Positions 15,520-23,948 of a stretch of DNA of 44,202 bases are shown here, one piece after another. Positions within the stretch are counted from its first letter, which is position 1, and each line of letters begins with the position of its first letter. The stretch spans positions 1 to 44,202 of IMG/VR virus record IMGVR_UViG_3300026196_000014; one strand, 5' to 3'. The translations under genes and the position numbers were made by a program. The DNA is from a virus (taxonomy: Duplodnaviria; Caudoviricetes). Below the pieces are notes generated by a model. The model was not told the DNA's origin. It did not search any database and saw only the letters and a program-made list of their open reading frames with translations.

Positions 15520-16876
15520 CAGAGTCGTCCTCCTTCTCTGCTGCCTTCTCCATCTTGTCAACGTGGTACTCAACGAACTGCTGGTGCGCCTCGTCAACGT
15601 AGTCATCCTCGGCGTCCTTCCAGTCAGGCTCGTCTTCGAGGTCTCCCTTCGGCATGTCACCTCCCAGGCACAGTCTCTTGTAAGGACACCACCCATTGCC
15701 ATACTTGAGGCGACAGGCCTTGTGCCCCATCGGGATCATGTAGAGGGGAGCGTCCGTGCCAAGCGTATGGATCATCGCGTGCAACCGACAGAGCAGCGCC
15801 TTGAAGGTGAACTTCCAGACCTCCTCGGTGTCCGGCGCCACCAGCTGGAACCTGACCAGACGGTTCGGCCACGTCTCGGCGAGATGCTTGGCAACGTGTG
15901 CTGCCTTCGACCATCTCGACCACATGTCTTCGTACCGCTCGGCCTGCTTGTCGGTGCAGTCCAACCGCTTGTAGTTGCTGACGTCGAACTTGATGTGCCC
16001 CTTCTCCGCTGCGGTGAGCAGCGTCTTCGGGGGCGGTGTCTCGTGCTTGACCGGCCGTGGCTCCTTGCTGATCATGAGTAGTGCCGTCTCACGGACGGGA
16101 GCCCACCCCTCTTGCAAAGCGAGCAGGTCGCCTGCGAAGAGGTAGGCCGTGTCACTGTACCCATAGGCCAGCCAGTCTCCCAACTCCTTGATGTCATCGT
16201 CGGTCGACGTCTTGCATTGCAGCATCATGGTGCCAACGTTCGTCGTCAGGATGGCATCGGGAGTGAGGAGCAGGCACACACCGCGCTTGCCAAACACGGT
16301 GCCACGCTGTTGACCGTCGGGATCATGACTCGCCATGATAGCCGTCGGGTCAAGCATCACCGCACCGAGAGCCGTGGCCGGGATCCACATCCAGAGCCGA
16401 GTCTCGGTGTGCAACACCGTCGGGTCGTAGGGTGCGAGCTCCTCGAGGATTCGCTTCGGCAACACGTCATGCCAGCTGCTGACCAGCTCGCTCGCCTTGT
16501 GTGCTGCGTCGGACACGCTGCGGTTCGTCTCCGCGAACTCTGTCCACTTGAGCCCGAGGGTCTGGGCCCATTCGTTGATCACCCTGTTGCCCTCGTCGGG
16601 TCCATCCTTGAGTGTAGCATGCAAAGCCTCGTGTCCAGCGTTCCCGATGTCGGCCCACGTCGGCTCGGGTCGGTCGGGCACGAGACCCATACTGCGAGGG
16701 AACCACTCCAGCCTGCCGCACTCGTCGTAGCGGTCGATGGATGATGGTCGTGTGAAGTAGATGACATCGGGGTTGGTAGGTAGTCCGAGTGCCTCGAACG
16801 CCTCGGGCGTTGGCTCTCCGACGCCCACCTTGATGCCAAGATTCTTGGCAGCAGTTGCCCACTGATGGCCTGCCAT
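15512..16876 (-). CDS. Cas4/RecB-like PD-(D/E)xK nuclease, 454 aa
   Basis: SSIDRYDECGR, GNAGHEALH, TPDAIL..LQCKTS, C-terminal C..WCPYKRLC, acidic tail; AAGGAG RBS before MAGHQ. Confidence 0.8.
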   Translation of the reverse strand: MAGHQWATAAKNLGIKVGVGEPTPEAFEALGLPTNPDVIYFTRPSSIDRYDECGRLEWFPRSMGLVPDRPEPTWADIGNAGHEALHATLKDGPDEGNRVINEWAQTLGLKWTEFAETNRSVSDAAHKASELVSSWHDVLPKRILEELAPYDPTVLHTETRLWMWIPATALGAVMLDPTAIMASHDPDGQQRGTVFGKRGVCLLLTPDAILTTNVGTMMLQCKTSTDDDIKELGDWLAYGYSDTAYLFAGDLLALQEGWAPVRETALLMISKEPRPVKHETPPPKTLLTAAEKGHIKFDVSNYKRLDCTDKQAERYEDMWSRWSKAAHVAKHLAETWPNRLVRFQLVAPDTEEVWKFTFKALLCRLHAMIHTLGTDAPLYMIPMGHKACRLKYGNGWCPYKRLCLGGDMPKGDLEDEPDWKDAEDDYVDEAHQQFVEYHVDKMEKAAEKEDDSDE

Positions 16877-16922
16877 CTCGTCTCCTTGGTTGGGGTTATG
16901 CAGGTTGCTAAGGTAACTCAAT

Positions 16923-18197
16923 TCACTCGATATGCAAGTAGAATTCTGCCAGCTTCACCCCCTTTTCCGTGAGAGCGTAGACCCTCGGGTCTCCCTTCTT
17001 GCCGGTGCCACCGACTTGGGCACACAGCTCCAACGGGATGAAGATCTTCTTGACCGCCCGACTCACCTGGGCCCTGTCTCCATCCAGCATCTCGAACGTC
17101 CAATTGGCCTTCGAGTAGGCCGAGCACAGGATCCGCTGTTGTGCATCCGACATGACAATGGTCTGATCCTTGTTCGGATTCTCGAAGAGCCAATCACTGT
17201 TGCAGCTGCTGTACCCACCGAAGGTGAGGCTGAAGTAGAGGTGGGCCTTCGACCCCTCGATGTTCCACTTGGCTGCTCGCCGCTTGACTAGGACCAAGGT
17301 GAGCTTGTTCTCTTTCTTGTTCCGGTTGAGCCCAATGCAACAGTCGACCTCGTTCTCCTGCTTGCTGGTGTAGGCCGGCAGGTACGTGTTCTGCAGTGGC
17401 TTGTCCTTCGAGGCACGACTGGTGTGAGCGAGGGCGATGACCGTAATCCCTCGGGACCGGCACATCTTGCGGAGTGGGCCCAGCCCTTTGGTCACCCACT
17501 CTGGACTGTTGAGGTCAGTGGTGTAGATCGAGTGGAGCGGGTCGATGATGAACAGCCCGCAGTTGATCTCGACCAGGGCGTCGACCAATCGTGTCATGTC
17601 GACACGATACTCTGGCTCGCTGGGGTCGAGGCTGAACTCCTCACTCGGGCAGTGGAGTACCCGTTTGTGCAAGGCATCCACCTCGGGTGAGTCGAGGGCC
17701 AGGCCCCGGGCGAGAGCAGTGTCGTTCAACGCCTCTGTCCAGTCCTGGCCCTCATTCTCGCCGTCGAGTATCGCCACGGTTCGGGGGTATAGAAGGTCTC
17801 GGTTCGCGACCAACGCCCCCGCCCCGATCCGGCCGCCAACCGGCCCGCTATCGCCGACCGAGGACCAGATGATGTCGGCAGCCAGGGTCGTTTTGCCCGT
17901 GCCTCGCTCGCCGGTCAGGAAGACGAGATCCCCCTGCCTGATAAACGGGGCGATGGCGATCTCCCGGGGCTTGAAGGGAATGTCAGCCAAGGGAACGAAG
18001 GGCTGGGACGTGGAGGGCGCCTGCTCCTCGTCATCTTCGGGCAGGCCTTCCCACGGTAGGAGAGTTGGATCCGCGGGGTCGCGCCCCTCCTCGGCGAGCT
18101 CTTGCAGCTCAGCCCCGTCCCAGCCCAGTGACTGCCAATGCGTGTACCACTCGGAGCTCCCGGTTGCAGGCACCCCCGACTTGATGCTATCTTCCAC
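16923..18197 (-). CDS. RepA/AAA_25-like RecA-fold helicase with C-terminal winged-helix, ~424 aa
   Basis: Walker A GERGTGKTT, LDGEN, Walker B FIIDP, LAHTSR; GTG 18197 has an AAGGAGG RBS. Confidence 0.85.
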   Translation of the reverse strand: MEDSIKSGVPATGSSEWYTHWQSLGWDGAELQELAEEGRDPADPTLLPWEGLPEDDEEQAPSTSQPFVPLADIPFKPREIAIAPFIRQGDLVFLTGERGTGKTTLAADIIWSSVGDSGPVGGRIGAGALVANRDLLYPRTVAILDGENEGQDWTEALNDTALARGLALDSPEVDALHKRVLHCPSEEFSLDPSEPEYRVDMTRLVDALVEINCGLFIIDPLHSIYTTDLNSPEWVTKGLGPLRKMCRSRGITVIALAHTSRASKDKPLQNTYLPAYTSKQENEVDCCIGLNRNKKENKLTLVLVKRRAAKWNIEGSKAHLYFSLTFGGYSSCNSDWLFENPNKDQTIVMSDAQQRILCSAYSKANWTFEMLDGDRAQVSRAVKKIFIPLELCAQVGGTGKKGDPRVYALTEKGVKLAEFYLHIE

Positions 18198-18244
18198 TCG
18201 GCCAGCCTCCTTCCTGCTCGGGGTGGTTGGTTCCTTGGTGGGTG

Positions 18245-18431
18245 GGGCCCGGACTTCGCTTGGAGGTCCGGGCCCTTTCTGTGTCACCCACCCGAGACAC
18301 GCAATACCCCGGTGACACGCTTTATCGTGGGGCTATGGGGCCGTAGCCCCCCGGAAATGGCATGTTCTGCCATTCCGTGTCGCCCCTTTACTACCACTAG
18401 GTAGTAAAGGTCGGGGCATTCGGCCCCCGAC
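18245..18431 (+). other. Cluster of 5-6 stem-loops; candidate replication origin or structured RNA
   Basis: Stems at 18245-18275, 18329-18350, 18352-18377, 18385-18410 (perfect 11 bp) and 18410-18431, plus 18311-18319 pairing with 18376-18384. Confidence 0.6.
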
Positions 18432-18438
18432 ATACCAT

Positions 18439-18696
18439 TCACGACTCGACTGCCCGAAGCCAATTCAGGTACCGACGGCGGCCTTCGTAGTGCCGGCGCC
18501 ATCCAGCCCGGCGCTCAACCTGGGTGTACTCCGGGTCTCCCTGAGTCCCCAGCACGTGGCCGCCGTGGGTGGTCAGCTTGTGACCATCCCATCTCCATGG
18601 CAGGTTCTTGGGGTCGATGCCCACCCGGCGCATCAGCCAGGTCACGCTCGAGTATCCCAGATCCTGCTGTTGGGTGTAGTTGTCCAAGGTGCTCAT
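18439..18696 (-). CDS. Hypothetical protein, 85 aa
   Basis: GGAGGA RBS before MSTLDN. Confidence 0.6.
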   Translation of the reverse strand: MSTLDNYTQQQDLGYSSVTWLMRRVGIDPKNLPWRWDGHKLTTHGGHVLGTQGDPEYTQVERRAGWRRHYEGRRRYLNWLRAVES

Positions 18697-18716
18697 CCGT
18701 TCCTCCGTTTGCTTGG

Positions 18717-19109
18717 TTACTTGCTTACCATCCATCGCTGGACCTCCGGTGTGACCTCCTGCTCATCGAGTTGAATCACCGAGAAGATGGCTCGGCCGGT
18801 GGCTTGTCGTCTGATCAGCCACCACTTCCCGCCCTCCACCGAGAGGAGAGTCTTGACAGCACCCAGCACATCGGTCGTGTCGGGTGCCTGTTGCACCCAC
18901 CGTTGGGCAACCAGGCCGGCCTCTCCACTACCGGCCCTGATGATCAGCTTCTCCCCATGCTTCATCCCCGAGATAGCTTTGGCCACACCCGCCTTTGGGC
19001 CAGAGTTGAAGTGGCGACCACTCGAGGTGCTGATCCACTCGACCAGATCGTCCACCGCACTCTCACCCTGGATCAGCTTGACCACCTTGCTTACCAGCCC
19101 GGCCACCAT
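18717..19109 (-). CDS. Hypothetical protein, 130 aa
   Basis: TGATG coupling to the upstream gene; operon orientation. Confidence 0.65.
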   Translation of the reverse strand: MVAGLVSKVVKLIQGESAVDDLVEWISTSSGRHFNSGPKAGVAKAISGMKHGEKLIIRAGSGEAGLVAQRWVQQAPDTTDVLGAVKTLLSVEGGKWWLIRRQATGRAIFSVIQLDEQEVTPEVQRWMVSK

Positions 19110-19813
19110 CAGCTGGCCGCCTTGGCTTGGTATCCCTCCACCTCGTCGGCCTCGACTACGAAGCCGGTGTCATCCTTCATCGCGCTTCCTTTCGCCTTGA
19201 GTGCAACCGCCACCCCTACCGGATCCAACCACCTGGCATCGGTCTCGTCTCCGTCCACCACTGGCCATCCCATGAATGACTCCGGCATGCGACCACGATA
19301 CACGAAGGCCACGTTGTAGCCTCGGCTGATCAGGGCATCGACCGTCTGTTCCGTCATGAACTCGTGATAGCTGGCGGTGAGATGGTAGCTGGTTTGCTTG
19401 TGAACGGGTCGCTTCAACAACTTCGCATGATTCTTCGTGTAGTCATAGAAATGCACACGATCTCCCTCGGCCGCAACCAACTCCTGAAACCTAGGGTCCG
19501 CTTCCCAGTCGAAGTCACTCGTCCCATTGAGCCGAATGCCCACCGGGGTCGAGTGTCTCGACCCGAAGCCCTTCACCTCCTTTCTCAGAATCTCCCAGAA
19601 CACGCCCGGTGCTGTCCTCATGAGCTGGAGCCGGCGCCGTTGCGCCGCCCTGTGCATCGGCAGCCTGCCCGTGTCAATCAGACAGTGCGTCCTGCATCCC
19701 TCCGTTGCCCACGGGCACACCTCTGGTGCACCACTCGGTAGGTACATGACAGCGATCCGCTCTCCATGCTTCAAGGACTTGATCGACTTGTGGCTTCTCC
19801 TTGTCAGCAGCAT
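19109..19813 (-). CDS. GP88-family protein (radical-SAM-like Cys motif), 234 aa
   Basis: VCPWATEGCRTHCL, IRLNGTSD, FYDYTK, YHLTAS, VVDGDETDARWLDP, LKAKG..KDDTGFV. Confidence 0.85.
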   Translation of the reverse strand: MLLTRRSHKSIKSLKHGERIAVMYLPSGAPEVCPWATEGCRTHCLIDTGRLPMHRAAQRRRLQLMRTAPGVFWEILRKEVKGFGSRHSTPVGIRLNGTSDFDWEADPRFQELVAAEGDRVHFYDYTKNHAKLLKRPVHKQTSYHLTASYHEFMTEQTVDALISRGYNVAFVYRGRMPESFMGWPVVDGDETDARWLDPVGVAVALKAKGSAMKDDTGFVVEADEVEGYQAKAAS

Positions 19814-19836
19814 AGTCTCCTCTCCGTGACGTCTGG

Positions 19837-20019
19837 TCACTCCCTGATCTCCTCGAGGATGTCGTCCACCTTCTCATCGAACACCGCGAATCGCCGGTGT
19901 TGCTCCCTTGCCCAAGCGACCACCTTGCACAGCGGGCACTTGTCATCCCACGTGTCAAACCTGATTGGTGCGTGCCTGGCATCCACCGTGCCCTCGCACC
20001 TGCCTCTCTCACTTGTCAT
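19837..20019 (-). CDS. Hypothetical protein, 60 aa (CPLC)
   Basis: Overlaps the upstream gene end; GGAG RBS. Confidence 0.55.
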   Translation of the reverse strand: MTSERGRCEGTVDARHAPIRFDTWDDKCPLCKVVAWAREQHRRFAVFDEKVDDILEEIRE

Positions 20020-20200
20020 AGTCAGGCTCCATTCTTGCTACGGACTCGAGCACAGGGTACCGCTCTCTCGGTACCCCAAGCTCGTCGTCCTCATGCCACG
20101 TGGTACGCAATGCACCACGCACGATTATGAGTTCACTCGGCGACAGCATTGCCCGGAACTCAGTGACCGCTCGCTTCTCCGCTTTCGTCAGCTCTCTCAT
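20009..20200 (-). CDS. Hypothetical protein, 63 aa
   Basis: GGAGG RBS before MRELTK. Confidence 0.6.
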   Translation of the reverse strand: MRELTKAEKRAVTEFRAMLSPSELIIVRGALRTTWHEDDELGVPRERYPVLESVARMEPDYDK

Positions 20201-20390
20201 CTTCACCTCCCTCCTCGGGTTCGTAGCCGGGACAGTCGCAGCCCTCTGCCCAGCATCCGCCGCCTAGCTCCAGCTTCTCGAATGGTTGCTCTCCAGTTGC
20301 ATGTGCGTGCGCCTCATGTGGACAGTGTTTGCAGGGGGCAGCAGGCTCAGTACGACCGGGTACGGTCCGGGTACCTTGATCGGGTGGCAC
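20160..20390 (-). CDS. Small Cys/His metal-binding protein; may be the frameshifted C-terminus of 20446..20781
   Basis: CKHCPHEAHAH...CWAEGCDC motif; frame is open upstream to the G7 tract. Confidence 0.45.
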   Translation of the reverse strand: MPPDQGTRTVPGRTEPAAPCKHCPHEAHAHATGEQPFEKLELGGGCWAEGCDCPGYEPEEGGEDERADESGEASGH

Positions 20391-20445
20391 TGATTCCTCG
20401 GTGTCGTTCCGTACATTGCCCGAGTCCTCAGCTTCCCGTGCCTGC

Positions 20446-20781
20446 TCACCCCCCCTCAGCCCTTATACGCTCGATCTCCCTCGGGTGGCCGAGGTAGTCG
20501 CACATCGCAGGCACCGGGCACTCGGGATGGCAGAAGTGCCCGTCACAGTTTGGGTGGTGCATCTGTCCGGCCTGCTCACCCCCTAACTCCGCATACATCT
20601 TCGTGATCCGCTCTGGACTGAGTAGTTCGCGGAGTGTGTTTCCAGTTTGAGTCTTGATTTCACGGCGGGTGTGCATTGCCAATTGTTCCTTGAACAGACA
20701 GCGGTGATAATCAACCACGCGATCCCGCACCATCACCGCCACTTCCTCGACCAGCTTCTCTCGCTCGCTTAGTTCAGGCAT
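20446..20781 (-). CDS. Hypothetical protein with Cys/His-rich C-terminus, 111 aa
   Basis: AAGGGAGG RBS before MPELSE; HHPNCDGHFCHPECP. Confidence 0.6.
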   Translation of the reverse strand: MPELSEREKLVEEVAVMVRDRVVDYHRCLFKEQLAMHTRREIKTQTGNTLRELLSPERITKMYAELGGEQAGQMHHPNCDGHFCHPECPVPAMCDYLGHPREIERIRAEGG

Positions 20782-21043
20782 TGTCGCCTCCCTTCGCCAG
20801 CCACTCCAGAAGTCGAGGCTTGTCCATCGGGTCTTTGTTCTGCCGCCCCAGCTTCCATCCGCGTAGGTGGGCACGCAGTTCCCGTGACGCAGCTTCCGCC
20901 CGAATCTCGGCCTCGCGTTGGGCGATCCTATTGGCTACTTCCACGTACATTCCCTCTGGAACCCATCCATGGATCGCTGCGTCGCTAAGCCTTCGGGACA
21001 CCCACTCGGCCAACTCACGGTTCTTGTCGGTGTTGTCAGTCAT
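20774..21043 (-). CDS. Hypothetical protein, 89 aa
   Basis: GAGGAG RBS before MTDNTD. Confidence 0.6.
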   Translation of the reverse strand: MTDNTDKNRELAEWVSRRLSDAAIHGWVPEGMYVEVANRIAQREAEIRAEAASRELRAHLRGWKLGRQNKDPMDKPRLLEWLAKGGDNA

Positions 21044-21048
21044 CGTCG

Positions 21049-21531
21049 TCACTCCTCGACGGTGGGGAGGGGGTAGAAGAGGTAGTCGCTGAAGCTGGTG
21101 GGTCTCGTCTTGTAGAAACCCCCAGACGCGCCTCCACTGAGCTTCCCGCCTACCAGGCGAGCGTACCACCGATCATCCTCCAGCTCGTCGAACGTCTTGA
21201 GCTGACTGCGATGCACGGTGTCGTTGACGGGCGGGTACACTTTGCTCACGGGTGCGCCGTCGGGGTGGGTGAGATCTTTCACATACTTCCAATGGTGTCC
21301 GCCACTGAGCCAGACGAAATTCCGTGTCGTGCTCACGTCGTTAATGCGCCTCTCGCCCCCATTGACAAGCACCGCGCTATCCACAAACATAGGCCGGGCC
21401 TTGGGCTTGCGGTTGTCGCGGAGGCGGTGCAGCAACGTGTCTCGGGTCAAAAATGCGGCATCTCCTTCGTACACAGCCTCGATCTCCTCGAGCGTGTAGG
21501 CTTCTTGCTTCGGCTTGTTGTCTGTGGTCAT
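21049..21531 (-). CDS. Hypothetical protein, 160 aa, paralogue of 21535..22032
   Basis: AAGGAGG RBS; HPDGAPVSKV..DTVHRSQL shared with the neighbour. Confidence 0.8.
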   Translation of the reverse strand: MTTDNKPKQEAYTLEEIEAVYEGDAAFLTRDTLLHRLRDNRKPKARPMFVDSAVLVNGGERRINDVSTTRNFVWLSGGHHWKYVKDLTHPDGAPVSKVYPPVNDTVHRSQLKTFDELEDDRWYARLVGGKLSGGASGGFYKTRPTSFSDYLFYPLPTVEE

Positions 21532-21534
21532 CTC

Positions 21535-22032
21535 TCAGTCCTCCTTGAGAAGGGTGGGAACCGCAATGAACCCAACAACAGCTTGATTGGTGGGACCATA
21601 CAACCGAAGGTACCTCCCGCTCACGTTGCTGGGCCGGCCACCCTCGTAGTACATGAGGTAGTCCCCATCCTCAGCCTCCGCGAAGTCGGTGCGAAGCTGG
21701 CTCGGGTGGATTGCATCCTGCACCCGGGCGATGACCCGACTGATCGGAGCACCATCAAGATGCGAACAGTTCCCGATGCTCACGGGGCCATACCCTGCGT
21801 AGTCAGCCTTTCGCAAGCACCACAAATTTCCCACCGAGTCCTGCTTGAACACGTACTGTGGGATGCCATTCGCCAGGATGATGTCACCCTGAATGGCAGG
21901 CCTGGCATCCGGCCCCAGCCTCTTCAACACCCGGTGCCGATAGCCCTTGAGATAGCCTCCGATGTCCTCCGTCTCCATCACCTGCTTCACCAACCCGAGC
22001 TCCTTGGCGTCCAGCTTCTTCTTCGTGCTCAT
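21535..22032 (-). CDS. Hypothetical protein, 165 aa, paralogue of 21049..21531
   Basis: Leader AAGGGAGAGCAGATC-ATG; HLDGAPISRV..DAIHPSQL. Confidence 0.8.
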   Translation of the reverse strand: MSTKKKLDAKELGLVKQVMETEDIGGYLKGYRHRVLKRLGPDARPAIQGDIILANGIPQYVFKQDSVGNLWCLRKADYAGYGPVSIGNCSHLDGAPISRVIARVQDAIHPSQLRTDFAEAEDGDYLMYYEGGRPSNVSGRYLRLYGPTNQAVVGFIAVPTLLKED

Positions 22033-22050
22033 GATCTGCTCTCCCTTGAA

Positions 22051-22086
22051 ACAGTACCACCCCATGTATAGCCGAATGCTATACAT
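22051..22086 (-). promoter_or_regulatory. Candidate extended -10 promoter with an overlapping inverted repeat
   Basis: Minus strand TGG-TACTGT upstream of the RBS; perfect IR ATGTATAGC-N5-GCTATACAT at 22064..22086. Confidence 0.4.
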
Positions 22087-22186
22087 TCAGGCAGCACTAC
22101 CACCATCCGAACCAAAGTCCCACGCCATGCAACATGGCATACGGTGGGGCCACCAGGCCTAGGAACGCAAGCACCCAGGCCTTGTG

Positions 22187-22294
22187 TTAAAGTGCCCACA
22201 CCATGTGTGTGATCGTTGCAGCTACCAGTGCCAGCGAGCCAGCAGTAGCTGCCGCCATCAGTCCACCGTAACCGCTGCCATTGTACTTTGCCAT
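22187..22294 (-). CDS. Small single-TM peptide, 35 aa (not in the ORF track)
   Basis: MAKYNGSGYGGLMAAATAGSLALVAATITHMVWAL with leader CAAGGAGAGCAAGCG-ATG. Confidence 0.65.
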   Translation of the reverse strand: MAKYNGSGYGGLMAAATAGSLALVAATITHMVWAL

Positions 22295-22367
22295 CGCTTG
22301 CTCTCCTTGTCTTGCATCCAACGGGCAGGCCCGACCCATTCGGACCCACCCGTCAGACACTCTCACT

Positions 22368-22781
22368 TCAGCTCGGATCGTACCCGGTGATGGTCACACC
22401 GTCCACCGTCACGTACCGATTGAACGCATCGGCACTGTGTTGCCCCGGCTTGAACCCGGATTCCTCGAAGGGCTTGGTGACCACGCCCTCGAGGCCGGCC
22501 GGCTCCGGGCCAGGCGACCACGGACCGGTGACCACCATCTCATGGTCCTTCCCACCACTGAACGAGAGCCAGATCACCCGGTCACCACGTCTGACCGTGA
22601 CTTTCTTGTCGACCAGCTGCACGTTGATCTCCTTGAGGAAGATCGCCATGAACCTGTCGAACTCGGTGTCGTTGCCCTTGTACTCGGCTCGAGCCTTGTC
22701 ATAGGCTCGAGTGAGATTCTCCGTCCAGTACTTGGCTCCGTGGTGCAAGTCGGGATTGATGGGTGCGAATTGCTTCTTCAT
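22368..22781 (-). CDS. Early paralogous family protein, 137 aa
   Basis: Leader CAAGGAGAGCAGACG-ATG; RAYD..EFDR..FLKEIN..VRRGD..TVDG..GYDPS. Confidence 0.85.
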   Translation of the reverse strand: MKKQFAPINPDLHHGAKYWTENLTRAYDKARAEYKGNDTEFDRFMAIFLKEINVQLVDKKVTVRRGDRVIWLSFSGGKDHEMVVTGPWSPGPEPAGLEGVVTKPFEESGFKPGQHSADAFNRYVTVDGVTITGYDPS

Positions 22782-22815
22782 CGTCTGCTCTCCTTGATTT
22801 GAGCGATTGAACTTC

Positions 22816-23229
22816 TCAGCTCGGGTCGTATCCCGAGACAGGATTGCCATCCTTCGTCGTCCACTCGGGCCAGTGCGCCCAGCTCCGGTCACCGGCGGTC
22901 ATGTAGGTCGCCATCTTCCCCTTGCGCAGGACCACCACCTTCGGACCGCACTGACGATCGCCATCGACCTCGACCCCGACCACGATCGCGTGGAACTGGT
23001 CCTCGGTGCCAGCACGATAGATGATCTCGTCACCGCGCTTGACCTTCACCGCCTGGGGCGCCTCGACCTTGAGATTCAGCTCCTTGAGGAACACCTTCGC
23101 CACCCGATCGAACTCAGCCTTGTCACAGGCCTGCGATCGAGCAAGGTTGTATCCCCGCTCGATTTCCTTGAACCAAGTGGTGGTAATGCTGCCACCCTGT
23201 TGGATCTCGACCAACTTCTTGTCGCTCAT
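22816..23229 (-). CDS. Early paralogous family protein, 137 aa
   Basis: Identical leader; RGYN..EFDR..FLKELN..VKRGD..TKDG..GYDPS. Confidence 0.85.
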   Translation of the reverse strand: MSDKKLVEIQQGGSITTTWFKEIERGYNLARSQACDKAEFDRVAKVFLKELNLKVEAPQAVKVKRGDEIIYRAGTEDQFHAIVVGVEVDGDRQCGPKVVVLRKGKMATYMTAGDRSWAHWPEWTTKDGNPVSGYDPS

Positions 23230-23286
23230 CGTCTGCTCTCCTTGTCTTGCACTCTTGGTGGGGGCAGCGAATCCGCCCCCACTCTC

Positions 23287-23691
23287 TCATCCCAGCTTGG
23301 GATTCCGCTTGTACCCGGTGACCACACGCCCATCGGGAGTGGTCAAGTTGTCACACGGGATGTAGTTGAACGTGGTACCACCGTTTGTCCACGCCCACAC
23401 GATCCGCGTGCGCCCTAGCGGGTCCTTGGTGTGCATGGTCCCGACCACGATGCCAGACCCGCCAGCCCACAGGATCTTGTCACCTTCCATGACGATGTTC
23501 TCCTCCAGCGGCATCTCGATCTCGATGTTGAGATCGCTGAAGAACACCTTCGCGATCTCGAGGAAGGCTTCCTTGTCACAGGCAGCGTTGTACGCCCGCT
23601 CGAACGCATTCCCAAGCGAACTCGGGTAATCACTCAGGATCTGGCTCCCACCAGGCTTCTTGGCCAGCGTGGGAGTTGTGCTCTTGCTCAT
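23287..23691 (-). CDS. Early paralogous family protein, 134 aa
   Basis: Leader CAAGGAGAGCAGACC-ATG; RAYN..ACDK..AKVF..EGDKILW..GIVVG..TPDG..GY. Confidence 0.85.
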   Translation of the reverse strand: MSKSTTPTLAKKPGGSQILSDYPSSLGNAFERAYNAACDKEAFLEIAKVFFSDLNIEIEMPLEENIVMEGDKILWAGGSGIVVGTMHTKDPLGRTRIVWAWTNGGTTFNYIPCDNLTTPDGRVVTGYKRNPKLG

Positions 23692-23716
23692 GGTCTGCTC
23701 TCCTTGGTTCGTGTCA

Positions 23717-23944
23717 TCACTCCGGGTTGGAGGATCCTACCCAGAGCCAACGAGTCGACCAACGCGAACCACACGCTGGACACTCGAAGTCCTTGTAGAT
23801 GAAGACGAGGTCATAGTCCTCTGTCTCATCTCGGATGTCTCCCAGATCATCCGACTGTGCATCCGCCCCGCATGCCTGACAGACCCACGGTGCTCTCCGT
23901 GGATGGATGGCCGGCGGCGGGCCCAGTCTTGGGCCCATCTTCAT
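23717..23944 (-). CDS. Zn-ribbon protein, 75 aa
   Basis: CQAC...CPAC pairs. Confidence 0.65.
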   Translation of the reverse strand: MKMGPRLGPPPAIHPRRAPWVCQACGADAQSDDLGDIRDETEDYDLVFIYKDFECPACGSRWSTRWLWVGSSNPE

Positions 23945-23948
23945 GGCC

